Assembly (NCBI GenBank): GCA_025924315.1
Contig: JAICIO010000027.1
Coordinates: 1 to 61,750, forward strand
Direction of reading: 5' to 3'
Length of the DNA: 61,750 bases
From: Phycisphaerae bacterium
GTDB taxonomy: Bacteria > Planctomycetota > Phycisphaerae > Tepidisphaerales > Tepidisphaeraceae
In this document: positions 48,134 through 57,727 of the stretch, one piece after another
How positions within the stretch are numbered: the first letter of the stretch is position 1
Layout: each line of letters begins with the position of its first letter
Made by a program: the position numbers and the translations under genes
The notes under the pieces: model-generated
What the model was told of the DNA's origin: nothing
The model's input: the letters and a program-made list of their open reading frames with translations, nothing else
Databases searched by the model: none

Positions 48134-50251
48134 ATGTTTGTCGCGAGCATTTCGGGGATTTCAATTCTGGGGGTCAGTTCGCTGATGGCGTGGGGAATCG
48201 CGCTGGTGGTTCTGCTGGTCGGTTTCAAATTGCTGCTGGCATGTCTTGGCGTGCGCATGATTCCCAACGATCGCGTCGGCATCGTGGAAAAGATCTGGTC
48301 GGGCAAAGGCTCGGTCGGACAAGGGCGGATCATCGCGCTCAGCGGGCAAGCCGGCTTCGAAGCCAGGCTGCTCCGCGGCGGCATGCACTTCTTTAAGTGG
48401 CCGGTGCAGTATCGCGTCCACAAGGTGCCGCTCGTAACCATTCCGCAGGGCAAGATTGGTTACGTCTATGCCCGCGACGGTGAACCGCTGCAGCCGAGCC
48501 AGACGCTCGGCCGCGTGGTGAACTCGGATAACTTCCAGGACGCCGAAGCGTTTCTCGCGCGCAAGGGACAACGCGGTCGCCAGCGCGCGATCCTGCGTGA
48601 AGGCGTCTATGCGATCAACCTCGCGATGTTTTACGTGATCACCGAAGACGCGGTGTTTCACCTGAACACCGGCGGAAAGGCCGAGGTCGAAAGGCTGGTC
48701 TCGTGGCAGCGCGAGCTCAAGGCGCTGGAAGGGTTCAGCCCGGTGGTGATCGGCGAAGAGATGTCGGCAGTCGATCCGTTGAATCCGGACAAGGCGATCG
48801 TGGTGGACTCGATCGGCATCGTGACGGTGCACGACGGCCCGAGTCTTTCGCCGGGCGAAATCATCGCGCCGTCGGTCGGCAATGATCCGAATGAAGATCA
48901 TTACCATAACAACTACCAGGACCCGGACGCGTTCCTCGCGGCGGGTGGTCGGCGTGGTCGGCAATATGTTCCGCTGACGGACGGCACCTATTTCCTCAAC
49001 CGATGGTTTACGACGGTTGAGATCATTCCGAAAACCGTTGTGCCGATCGGCCACGTGGGCGTGGTCGTGAGCTACTACGGCCCGATCGGAAAGGACCTTT
49101 CCGGCGAAGCGTTCCGTCACGGCGAGCGTGTGGCTCGCGGCGAGCGCGGCGTGTGGGAAAAGCCGTTCGGTCCCGGCAAGTATCCGTTCAACACCTACGC
49201 CGGGCAGATGATCATTGTGCCCACGACCAACTTCGTGCTGCACTGGATCACCGGCAAAACGGAATCGCATCGCTATGACGACAATCTCAACTCGATCGAC
49301 CTGGTCACGAAGGATGCGTATGAGCCGATGCTGCCGCTGAGCGTCGTCGTGCACATCGACTACATGAAAGCGCCGTCGGTCATCCAGCGTTTCGGCGATG
49401 TGAAGCGGCTCATCACACAGACGCTCGACCCGATGCTCAGCGCCTACTTCCGTGACGTGGCGCACAAGCGAACGATGCTCGAGTTGCTCCACGAGCGCGA
49501 CCAGATCCAGGTCGAAGCGCGGGGCGAACTGCAACGGCGGTTCATGGATTTCGACATCGAATGCGTCGACGTGCTGATCGGCAAGCCGGACACCGCCGAA
49601 GCCGGCGGCAAGATCGAAACGCTGCTCGAACAGTTGCGTCTGCGTCAGCTCTCGGTCGAACAGGTGCAGACGTACGACCACCAGCGCAAGGCCGCGGATG
49701 AGCTCAAGAAGCTCAACGAAGCCCAGGCGCTGGCGCAGCGTCAGACCGAGCTGACGGGTTCGCAAGTGCAGATTCGCATCGCCGAAAACCAGGGCGACGC
49801 GGACCTCGCCCGAGCCCGCAAGCAGGCCGAGCAAATGATCGTGACCGCCAAGGCCGAGACCGAGCAGAAGATCCTCGCCGGTCGCGGTGACAGCACGAAG
49901 ACGATGCAGGTTGGTCTGTCCGAGGCGGCCGTGCTGATGAAAAAGATCAGCAGCTTCGGCGATCCGCGCCTGTACGCGATGGCGCTCGTGGCCGAACACC
50001 TGTCGCGGAGCGCCCAGCCGCTCGTGCCGGAACGAATGTTCGTCACCGGGGCGAATGGTGATAGCCCGCAAGGCCAGGGTTTGCTCGGTCAGCTGATCAG
50101 CCTGCTGGTCGCGGAGAAGAGCGGCTTCGCTCTTGCCGAATCAAGCGGCAATGGCAACGGCTCTTCCGAGTTGAAAGACTTCGCCGATCGCATGAGCAAG
50201 GAAGCGGTGGCGTCGATGGAAAGCGCTGTGGCCTTGAAGCAGCGCAACTAG
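48134..50251 (+). CDS. flotillin-like SPFH/band-7 protein with long coiled-coil C-terminus
   Basis: N-terminal TM, SPFH core, Ala/Glu/Gln-rich coiled coil. AGGAGAG RBS precedes the ATG at 48134; the alternative ATG at 48104 lies inside a hairpin arm. Confidence 0.7.
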   Translation: MFVASISGISILGVSSLMAWGIALVVLLVGFKLLLACLGVRMIPNDRVGIVEKIWSGKGSVGQGRIIALSGQAGFEARLLRGGMHFFKWPVQYRVHKVPLVTIPQGKIGYVYARDGEPLQPSQTLGRVVNSDNFQDAEAFLARKGQRGRQRAILREGVYAINLAMFYVITEDAVFHLNTGGKAEVERLVSWQRELKALEGFSPVVIGEEMSAVDPLNPDKAIVVDSIGIVTVHDGPSLSPGEIIAPSVGNDPNEDHYHNNYQDPDAFLAAGGRRGRQYVPLTDGTYFLNRWFTTVEIIPKTVVPIGHVGVVVSYYGPIGKDLSGEAFRHGERVARGERGVWEKPFGPGKYPFNTYAGQMIIVPTTNFVLHWITGKTESHRYDDNLNSIDLVTKDAYEPMLPLSVVVHIDYMKAPSVIQRFGDVKRLITQTLDPMLSAYFRDVAHKRTMLELLHERDQIQVEARGELQRRFMDFDIECVDVLIGKPDTAEAGGKIETLLEQLRLRQLSVEQVQTYDHQRKAADELKKLNEAQALAQRQTELTGSQVQIRIAENQGDADLARARKQAEQMIVTAKAETEQKILAGRGDSTKTMQVGLSEAAVLMKKISSFGDPRLYAMALVAEHLSRSAQPLVPERMFVTGANGDSPQGQGLLGQLISLLVAEKSGFALAESSGNGNGSSELKDFADRMSKEAVASMESAVALKQRN

Positions 50252-50369
50252 CCCGTGAGGTTCGTCACGTGGGATGAGGGACGGGGGGGAGTGCTCGCGA
50301 CGGATGGAACTGCTTCGAGCGCTTCCACCCTCATCCCACGGTTGTTTTTGAACGCCGGTCCCAAAAATC

Positions 50370-50436
50370 GCACGGGTTTTCAACCCGTGCTTTCTTTTTG
50401 TGTATGGAGAATGCACGGGTCACAAACCCGTGCTAC
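50370..50436. repeat. inverted pair of GCACGGG...CCCGTGC hairpin units
   Basis: gcacgggttttcaacccgtgc-N22-gcacgggtcacaaacccgtgctac. The second unit shares the extended flank gagaatgcacggg...cccgtgctactt with the copy at 8045-8078. Confidence 0.85.
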
Positions 50437-50453
50437 TTGTTTTTGGGAGGCCA

Positions 50454-52097
50454 ATGGATCCGCTCTACACGTTCACGCTCTCACACGACGGCACGCCGGC
50501 TTCTTACGACGAATCGCTCGCCGTCGCCTGCTTGCAAGGCCTCATCAATCGCGACGCGCCGCGGTTGTATGTGCTGTCCAAGAAGAACGCGCGGCCGCAA
50601 TACTGGCTCGACATTCTCTCGAAGAACAATCGCTGGCTCGCGGGGCGGGAGCTTCACGCGATCGAGGATCTCGATGGATTGATCAAGCTCACCGGCGACA
50701 AGCTGAAAGGCGCGGTCATCTGGGACCCTGAAGTTCCCGCCACCGTGAACGTCGCGACGACGATCGCGGGGATCGAGGACGGCGTTGTGCTCAGTCCCGA
50801 GTTGCACCAATCGTCATCGCTCCCGGTCCTCCACGATCTTCGCGGAAGATCCACCGGATCCGAGACCGGAAGCAAAAAGAACGACGCCTATCGCTGGGCG
50901 ATTCGCGAGTACCTCGACAAGAACCTCTGCTCGTCGAAATTTCTCTGCCTTTATGAAGATTCGTTTACGATGCGCGCCAAGGGCGACATCGGCTACATCC
51001 TCACGCGCGACTGGGCAGTGAAGAATCATTCGTTCGTGTTCGACCTTTCACCATGGCCGGACGAAGCGCCCGCCGATGACCCGGATCAGAAGATCGGCAT
51101 CGATTATGAAACGTACCAGATGATCCTCGACCGCATTGGCAAATCCGCCGGCGGAAAGCACATGACGGAGATGACCGGCTTCTTCGCGTTCACCAAATAT
51201 TCGAGTGAAGGTGGCCGCAAGAGCAAGCATCTCCCGGTGCCGACGGAATGGCAAACGGTGTGGATCATCTCGCCGCACAACACCTATCAGAACACCATCT
51301 CGAGCGATTGTTTCAATCAGTCGCTGCACAGCCAGGCCCCGCGAAAGCCGCTCAAGCAGAAGTTCAACAGACCTCCGCTGCCGAAGCTCGAGAACAAAGC
51401 GTACGTCGCGATTCTCATGGCGGATTACGATTCCGCGACGCCGCTCTACGATTTTCTCCCGTCGCATTGGGACGACGCGCAGCGCGGCACGTCGCCGTTT
51501 ATCTGGGGCATGAATCCGAATCTCATTGACACGTATCCGGACCTCATTGCTTACTTTTACGAGACGGCGACGAGTGCGGATACGTTCGGCTCCGATGCAA
51601 GCTGCGCGGGGTACATGAATCCAAACTCAATCCGCAAAGAATCGCTTCCGCTGTTCACCGCGCACAACAAGAAATACTTTACCGAAGCCGACATGACGAT
51701 CGCGCCGATGGTGCTCGACCAGGATCAGCCCTCGCCCGACGTGAAGGATGCGTTCGCACAATTCGCGCCCCAGGGGATGGCATGCTTCGTCGATGACCAG
51801 CATGGCACAGGCGGAAAATTCCCGCCGCCGCAGGTTTGGAAGGGCATGCCGGTCATCGAATTGATGAACGAGCCGTGCAATTCAAAAAGCCCGGAAGAAC
51901 TCGCGACGGCGTTCGCGCGGCGCATCACGGCATATCGCCCCGGTTCACCGCTCTTCTGCATCTTCCGCTGCGTGTGGGTGAATCCGTCCGCGGTAAAAGG
52001 CGGGCTTGAACTGCTGAAGAAGCAGAACCCAAACCTACCAATCGAGGTGGTCGATCCGCACACGTTCTTGTCGCTGTTCAAAGTGTGGAAGTCGTAG
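50454..52097 (+). CDS. hypothetical protein (possible carbohydrate-active enzyme), function unknown
   Basis: 547 aa with good coding signal. No motif recognized with confidence. Located next to the sulfatase. Confidence 0.45.
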   Translation: MDPLYTFTLSHDGTPASYDESLAVACLQGLINRDAPRLYVLSKKNARPQYWLDILSKNNRWLAGRELHAIEDLDGLIKLTGDKLKGAVIWDPEVPATVNVATTIAGIEDGVVLSPELHQSSSLPVLHDLRGRSTGSETGSKKNDAYRWAIREYLDKNLCSSKFLCLYEDSFTMRAKGDIGYILTRDWAVKNHSFVFDLSPWPDEAPADDPDQKIGIDYETYQMILDRIGKSAGGKHMTEMTGFFAFTKYSSEGGRKSKHLPVPTEWQTVWIISPHNTYQNTISSDCFNQSLHSQAPRKPLKQKFNRPPLPKLENKAYVAILMADYDSATPLYDFLPSHWDDAQRGTSPFIWGMNPNLIDTYPDLIAYFYETATSADTFGSDASCAGYMNPNSIRKESLPLFTAHNKKYFTEADMTIAPMVLDQDQPSPDVKDAFAQFAPQGMACFVDDQHGTGGKFPPPQVWKGMPVIELMNEPCNSKSPEELATAFARRITAYRPGSPLFCIFRCVWVNPSAVKGGLELLKKQNPNLPIEVVDPHTFLSLFKVWKS

Positions 52098-52154
52098 GGT
52101 GTGCTTCAGCACACTATCCTCGCCCACAAAACGGTGTGCTGAAGCACACCCTAC
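52094..52154. repeat. palindromic repeat family, GTGTGC variant
   Basis: gtagggtgtgcttcagcacac-N19-ggtgtgctgaagcacaccctac. Confidence 0.8.
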
Positions 52155-53899
52155 TTGCGTGTGACATACAGGTAATATGCGCCGCAAAGTTCAGCTCCCG
52201 CTGAATCGTAAAACCAAGTTTTTGCGCGTATCGTTCCTGGCTTGAGGTGCATCGTGAACCGCACCGACTTGTCGCTCGACTTCACATCGTTTGTGACTTC
52301 CTGATCCCCAACCACAAGCTTCGCCTTCGCGATCGGCAGCGCTTTCCCGGCGGGGTATTCACCATCAACGAACTTCATCGGCGGAACGCCAGCATCGATC
52401 GCCACATCCGCTTCCCGTGGCCAGCGCCGAAGCTCGAACGTATAATCGCCTTCCGTCGTCACTTCGATCCCCCACGGCGCATTGCGATTCGGCCCCGCCC
52501 GCACTTCCTTCTGCTGATCCATGATCCGGTTCTGCCAATCCGCCACCGAGAGCATCACCGGCTGCGTCGTCTTGCCAATCGGAATCGTGCTCAGCTCATT
52601 GACTCCTGGTTCGATGTCCGCCCACCACGTGTCGTAATGTGCGCGCATCTTCGCGACGATGTCCGGATGATCGGCGGCGATGTTGTGGTCCTGGCTGAGG
52701 TCGGCTTTGATGTCGTAGAGGTCAGTCCCGTTCGTCAGCCGCCAGTTTTTCCAGATCACTGTGCTGTCGTACTTCGCGGGAATCGGCTTATTCATCCTGC
52801 TGAACTGCACGACGAGCATGCGATCAGGCAGATGCGCCTGCTCGCCGCGCAGAAGGGGCGATAAGCTAACACCCGAAAGCTTCGAATCGGTTGGAGATTT
52901 TAACTCGCACCAATCCACGAGCGTCGGAAAAAGATCCTGCACTTCGATCAGTTCCGAAACATCACGCGCATCACCCAGATTTCCCCCGGGCCAGCGCACA
53001 AAACACGGGACGCGATGCCCGCCTTCCCACAGCGTCACCTTTCCGCCTTTCATTCCAGCGTTAAAAGTCTTCACGCCGTACGTTCCGCCGTTGTCGGTGA
53101 GAAAAATCAGGATCGTGTCGTCGCGCAACCCCGCTTCCTGCAGGAGATCTTCCAGCCGCCCCATGTTCTCGTCGATGTTCGCGATCATCGCGTAAAAGCT
53201 CGCGAGGTTGTGATCGAGCTTCCGATACGGCTCGCGATATTTGTCCGGAACAAACAGCGGCGCGTGGGCGGCGTTCAGTGGGAGATAGACTAAGAAGGGT
53301 TGTTTCGCCTCCGCCCGCTCGCGCATCCACTTCATCGCTTCATTGAAATAAATGTCTGTGCAGTAGCCCCCGAACTTCTTTTTCGACCCATTCTCAAGTC
53401 TCAGCGTCGGATTGAAGTAATCGTTGTTCCACTCATCCGGAGCCGAGCTCATATGCGACGATGGAAACCAGATCGCTTTCTCAAACCCACGATCCTGCGG
53501 CCGATACGGCTCGACATCGCCCAGATGCCACTTCCCAAACATCGCCGTGCGATATCCACCGCCGCGAAACACATCCGCCATCGTCGGAATCCCGCGGCGA
53601 AGCATCGAGCGTCCGCTACTGACATTCATCGCCCCGTTGTCCAGCGCATCGCGCCCGCTCATCAGCTGCGAGCGGGTCGGTGTGCACATCGGGCTGACGT
53701 GAAAATCGGTGAAGCGGATCGATTGATCGTGTAATCGATCGCAATTCGGCGTCTTCACGATCGGCGAACCATTGCATGAAAAATCGCCATAGCCGACATC
53801 GTCCACGAGCACGATCAGCACGTTGGGCTTGGTTGAAGCGAATGCGGGAAGGGAAGTGAATGCGCAAATCACGAACAGGAAACGTAAGGTTCGCAACAT
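52151..53899 (-). CDS. formylglycine-dependent sulfatase (arylsulfatase family), secreted
   Basis: Signal peptide. KPNVLIVLVDDVGYGD and CTPTRSQLMSGR (C-x-P-x-R). Confidence 0.85.
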   Translation of the reverse strand: MLRTLRFLFVICAFTSLPAFASTKPNVLIVLVDDVGYGDFSCNGSPIVKTPNCDRLHDQSIRFTDFHVSPMCTPTRSQLMSGRDALDNGAMNVSSGRSMLRRGIPTMADVFRGGGYRTAMFGKWHLGDVEPYRPQDRGFEKAIWFPSSHMSSAPDEWNNDYFNPTLRLENGSKKKFGGYCTDIYFNEAMKWMRERAEAKQPFLVYLPLNAAHAPLFVPDKYREPYRKLDHNLASFYAMIANIDENMGRLEDLLQEAGLRDDTILIFLTDNGGTYGVKTFNAGMKGGKVTLWEGGHRVPCFVRWPGGNLGDARDVSELIEVQDLFPTLVDWCELKSPTDSKLSGVSLSPLLRGEQAHLPDRMLVVQFSRMNKPIPAKYDSTVIWKNWRLTNGTDLYDIKADLSQDHNIAADHPDIVAKMRAHYDTWWADIEPGVNELSTIPIGKTTQPVMLSVADWQNRIMDQQKEVRAGPNRNAPWGIEVTTEGDYTFELRRWPREADVAIDAGVPPMKFVDGEYPAGKALPIAKAKLVVGDQEVTNDVKSSDKSVRFTMHLKPGTIRAKTWFYDSAGAELCGAYYLYVTRK

Positions 53900-54075
53900 G
53901 CGAGCAATCTACCCGAAGATTTGAACGACCGGTTGCAGTCGCGTATGATTTCCCGCCATTGCGGGTGTAACTCAATTGGCAGAAACAGATTTAGCTTGAC
54001 AGCCTTCTGCGGGGACGGTTTTTCGGGGAAATTGCGGGAAAATTAAAGGCGGACGACGCTGAGCTAATCGCGGGA

Positions 54076-54312
54076 TTACTCGGGGTTCTTTTTGCGCTCC
54101 GCGCTTTCAACCAGTAGACTCGCTACAGCCATTCGAAGGAATTCGACGCGCCGATGAACTTCGGGAAGCTGACCAAAGAAGATCGTCTCGTTAAACGGTT
54201 TGTTTTCGCGGTCTTTCCCTAGAACGGTAATGAAGCCAGAATCTGTGTTCGCCATATTTCCAACTACGGGAAACAACGCTGACGCGCGCTTGTAGGCATC
54301 GTCGTAGGTCAT
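54076..54312 (-). CDS. hypothetical protein
   Basis: 78-aa ORF in a lower-GC region. No motifs. Confidence 0.3.
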   Translation of the reverse strand: MTYDDAYKRASALFPVVGNMANTDSGFITVLGKDRENKPFNETIFFGQLPEVHRRVEFLRMAVASLLVESAERKKNPE

Positions 54313-54538
54313 AGCTGGAATTAGACCGCTATGCCGATTCGAACGCCAGAGAAAACATCGAAGCTCGACTATAGCAATCGTCCGAACGTCAGCGCGCGAT
54401 GGTTTCGCATCGCGCGGTGGTGGGGCTGCCGAGTCTATCGAGCGATCTCTTCATTTATGTTCGGCGCATATCCCGGCGAGCAATGATCATCATAGGGGAA
54501 CGCTCCCGTACCAACGACGAGCGCTCCCCTATAACCTC

Positions 54539-55222
54539 CTACTTATCCTCTTTTGTCGTCTTGAATGTGTTCCCCAGGTTCTTCAGAAGCTTGTCCAAAG
54601 CGTCTACGCGATCACTCGCGGTATCGCTGGTTGCTGGTTTAGCGCCGGATGTCGGGGTCGTCTGATTCGTCGTGTTGCCGGTTCCCGGTTTATTGCCTGT
54701 TGACGTTCCATCTTCCTTACCGGTTCCCGGTTTATTGCCTGTTGACGCTCCATCGTCCTTACCACTTCCGCCCGATACGCCCGTTACGGCATCATGAGCT
54801 AATGTACCACTGGTTGCGAATACAGGGTTTTTGAACGTGATCGTGATCGTGTTTCCCCGCGCGTATGTTTTGGAATTGGATGAAGTGTCGGAGATGCTTC
54901 CCTTAACAGGGATGATCGCAGGCGGAGAAATATCTGCCGAGACAGTCAAAGATTTCGAGTCTGTTCTCGATCCCTGCACATTGAAAGTTACCGTTACCTC
55001 GTCCGCATAGAGACCGAAAGACTTGTCAGTGGGTTCGGTTGTAGGATGCGCCGCGTCCTGCGGAGGGTGCGCCGCGTCGTGCATCAAACGTAGACCTGTC
55101 CCGACCTGCTTCAAAGCGTCCTCTAACGTAATCTCGTTAATCTCATCGTGCTTCATGGAATGGCATCCGCCGGAAGCGATGAGAATTGCCAAGACTGGCA
55201 ACAATCCGAATTTGACTGACAT
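54539..55222 (-). CDS. lipoprotein with Gly/Thr/Lys/Pro-rich repeats
   Basis: GGGAGG RBS, lipobox ASGGC. Repeats GTSTGNKPGTGKEDGTSTGNKPGTG. Confidence 0.45.
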   Translation of the reverse strand: MSVKFGLLPVLAILIASGGCHSMKHDEINEITLEDALKQVGTGLRLMHDAAHPPQDAAHPTTEPTDKSFGLYADEVTVTFNVQGSRTDSKSLTVSADISPPAIIPVKGSISDTSSNSKTYARGNTITITFKNPVFATSGTLAHDAVTGVSGGSGKDDGASTGNKPGTGKEDGTSTGNKPGTGNTTNQTTPTSGAKPATSDTASDRVDALDKLLKNLGNTFKTTKEDK

Positions 55223-55406
55223 ACAACCTCCCATTGAGGAATTGAAATGAGCGGACGAATGTTCGTCCGCTAGGCGAAGGGTACTTCGAGCGAACCGCGA
55301 GACACGATAAGTTGCCGATTTAGCGACATACCCAGAACAGGGTAATTGACCCGACGACGGAACAGCCTTCGAGCGTGTCAGCACGCCGACCTGCATGATT
55401 CCACAT

Positions 55407-55579
55407 CACTTTGCCTTACGTGCGGTAACGTATCCAAGAATGACGAGCGCGCCGGAAAGGAAGGTGGTCGCAATCTCCCACTTGCCGCAAATGACCCCAT
55501 AAATGGCGGTCGCAACCACCGCGACGTACGTAATGAGAATGATAAAATCCGTAACGGGCTGTTTGGGATGTTTAGGCAT
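55407..55579 (-). CDS. putative 57-aa two-TM small membrane protein (holin-like size class)
   Basis: MPKHPKQPVTDFIILITYVAVVATAIYGVICGKWEIATTFLSGALVILGYVTARKAK. Below the ORF-track length cutoff; found by manual translation. Confidence 0.25.
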
Positions 55580-56039
55580 CGGTTTCCTCGGCAGACGGAG
55601 AAAGAAATCTCAGTCGCCGAATCAACCAACGCTGAGCGATTAACGGGAAGCGGGCGCTGCGTTAATCAACTTGCGGGAGGAAGATTCAGGCTCAACTTCT
55701 ATCGCGTATCGAATCGAACGTTGATGCCCGCGTTCCGATGCTCTCTGTTTGGTATCCTGCCAGTTTCTCACCAGCGGTTGACGCCAGAGCATCCGCCAAA
55801 ATCATACTCAATACTCTATAACGTATACTCGTCTCGACGACGCCCGAAGGCGACGCCACAGGCACATTATGTGCGTATTCGGGAATTGTCCAGCCGATTT
55901 TTACCCTCGAAAATATCACCGAAAATCCGGCGGGAATTAGCTTGATGATCTCAGCGAACTCGGGCCCAGTGATTCACGTTATCACGACGGTCGTGATAAC
56001 AAGATAATCCAAACAGCCCGAAAGGGCAGGAGCAGTCAG

Positions 56040-56486
56040 ATGGCAACGGAAACCAAAGCGGCGAAGGCAAAGACAGACGCTTTTAAGCGAATCGCAGTCG
56101 GGAAGGTTCAAACGGTTAAGGCGAGCGAGATCGTTCGCCAGAATGCGAACCAGAAGCCCCGGAACGCTTCGGGCGAGAATCCGTACAGGGAGGGAGGATC
56201 ATATCATGCGGTAGTAAGCGGGCTTCGATCGCTGGGGCTTAACCGCCTGCATTCATTCGACGCGATTGTGCCTGCCGTCCGCAAGGCGATGGGCAGCGCG
56301 TACAAAGCGTTCGCCAGGAAGGATGCCCGCAACGATGAGACAGGCAAAGACGCCCGCGAGCGAATCATACAGAACGTTTCGGTGGTCGCTCGAAAGGATT
56401 ACGGCGCTCCGCTCCGCAAGGTCGGTTTTGAGGTTCGCTACGACGGACGCGAGAAACAGGCGGGATTGTTTCGACTGAGTAAGTAA
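56040..56486 (+). CDS. hypothetical protein
   Basis: 148 aa, Lys/Arg-rich. Followed by two tandem terminators. Confidence 0.4.
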   Translation: MATETKAAKAKTDAFKRIAVGKVQTVKASEIVRQNANQKPRNASGENPYREGGSYHAVVSGLRSLGLNRLHSFDAIVPAVRKAMGSAYKAFARKDARNDETGKDARERIIQNVSVVARKDYGAPLRKVGFEVRYDGREKQAGLFRLSK

Positions 56487-56509
56487 CACGGATGAACGCA
56501 CGGAAGCGT

Positions 56510-56540
56510 AGCCCCGGCCCTTGCGGCTGGGGCTTTTTTG
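56510..56540 (+). terminator. intrinsic terminator
   Basis: agccccggcc cttgc ggctggggct followed by TTTTT. Confidence 0.5.
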
Positions 56541-56627
56541 TTTGAAGGAATCCGAGCGCGCGAGAGGAAGTAGATGATGTTCTTTCGTAGAGCCAGCAGC
56601 GTCTGCTGGGATTCCTGAGCGGACTAG

Positions 56628-56658
56628 GCTTGCGTCATGTTCCCTAGTCCGCTTTTTT
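56628..56658 (+). terminator. intrinsic terminator (second, tandem)
   Basis: gcggactagg-N14-cctagtccgc followed by TTTTTT. An A-tract on the other side means it could act bidirectionally. Confidence 0.45.
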
Positions 56659-56665
56659 AATGCGC

Positions 56666-57079
56666 TCATCGCTTGTGAAGATCTCGGAAAACCTTTTCAA
56701 GCTGCTTAATAAATCCATCGCCTCTGCGGCAACGCTCTAGCTCAGCGTTGAAATTCGCAACCGTCCACCATCGGCTGTTCCGCCCGTACTTGGCTTGCCA
56801 GTTCCAGTAAAGGTGATAGACATTCACCGAAGGATTACCACTATCAAGCCACGTAAAGCGCCCGACCTCGCAGAATAACTTTCTTCCATGCGCATTCCGG
56901 CGCTTCGGGCCGGGGTTTTCATTAAAGGCGATTTCGAATTCTTCGGGCAACGTTTGACATCGTTGCATGAGACGCGCGAAAGCGAGCGCTTGATCTGCTG
57001 CTGAGTCCATCCGTTCGATGCGTTCTAGTTCCCCTTTGCGTTCTGAATCCGTGGGTTTGCGGGGTCTTTTTTCTCGCAT
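56666..57079 (-). CDS. hypothetical protein
   Basis: 137 aa, Trp/Arg-rich. No motif. Confidence 0.4.
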   Translation of the reverse strand: MREKRPRKPTDSERKGELERIERMDSAADQALAFARLMQRCQTLPEEFEIAFNENPGPKRRNAHGRKLFCEVGRFTWLDSGNPSVNVYHLYWNWQAKYGRNSRWWTVANFNAELERCRRGDGFIKQLEKVFRDLHKR

Positions 57080-57133
57080 GGCAGAAGTTCGCGCACCACT
57101 AATTTAGCGATTGGCAGCGACCGCGTACACCGG

Positions 57134-57700
57134 TTGTCGCTTTCGGCTACCAGTTCGCCCGATGAGAAGGGCAGACGCTTTCAGTTCTATAGCGATTCGA
57201 TCATTTGGACGCCCGAAGTTCTCGCATTATGGAGCCACGAGCTCGCGTTTCCGCTCGGATCTACTGGCAACCTAACGCTTCGGATGCTCCCGATTGATGA
57301 CAGAGGGCAGCCGGTCGAGATCGATGTGCCGAATACAACTGTCGGTAATGATACTTTCGAGAATGTTCGTAGTCGTCTCGCTCGCGGCATGAGCTTTAGC
57401 GGTCTGATGCTGGTGAAAAGTCTTTCACCTGTACCTGATCAGCCGAATACCTATCGCGTGGGGAAGGGCGGATTCATCGCCAACGAAGTGACCGTAACCG
57501 TCGCGCCATCCATGAAGGAAACCAGCATCGAAGTAGCGCCTGCGACTGCTGAGCAGCAGACCCACAGCGAACCGGCCACCGATTCGTCTCAAAAACAAAA
57601 TTCAGATCAACAGAAGGAACTCAGAAGGCAGCAGCAGAAATTAGATGAGTACAAGCTGATGCTTCTGAGGCCAGGCAAAGTATCTGTGCAAGGGAGCTGA
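57134..57700 (+). CDS. putative phage prohead protease (HK97 / peptidase S78-like) with Gln/Glu-rich C-terminal tail
   Basis: GRRFQFYS (compare RAFRFE), VLALWSHELAFPLG (compare LLWQHD..PIG), SFSGLMLVKSL (compare GLSIGF), FIANEVTVTVAPSMKE (compare EISLVTFPANPEA). The start may be earlier and non-ATG. Confidence 0.4.
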   Translation: MSLSATSSPDEKGRRFQFYSDSIIWTPEVLALWSHELAFPLGSTGNLTLRMLPIDDRGQPVEIDVPNTTVGNDTFENVRSRLARGMSFSGLMLVKSLSPVPDQPNTYRVGKGGFIANEVTVTVAPSMKETSIEVAPATAEQQTHSEPATDSSQKQNSDQQKELRRQQQKLDEYKLMLLRPGKVSVQGS

Positions 57701-57727
57701 GAATTGTGAACAAGGTTTTTCACTCCC

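Noticed and set aside
48161-50071. 636-aa ORF antisense to flotillin, plus 39862-40947 antisense to the molybdopterin oxidoreductase large subunit and 41790-42662 antisense to the nucleotidyltransferase
   Set aside because: Same high-GC antisense phenomenon. The sense frames have recognizable domains.
53962-53985. Calling the GGGTGTAACTCAATTGGCAGA segment a tRNA gene or pseudogene feature
   Set aside because: The D-stem cannot pair (ACTC versus AACA). No anticodon or T arms are identifiable. It is kept only as a hypothesis inside the prophage-boundary finding.
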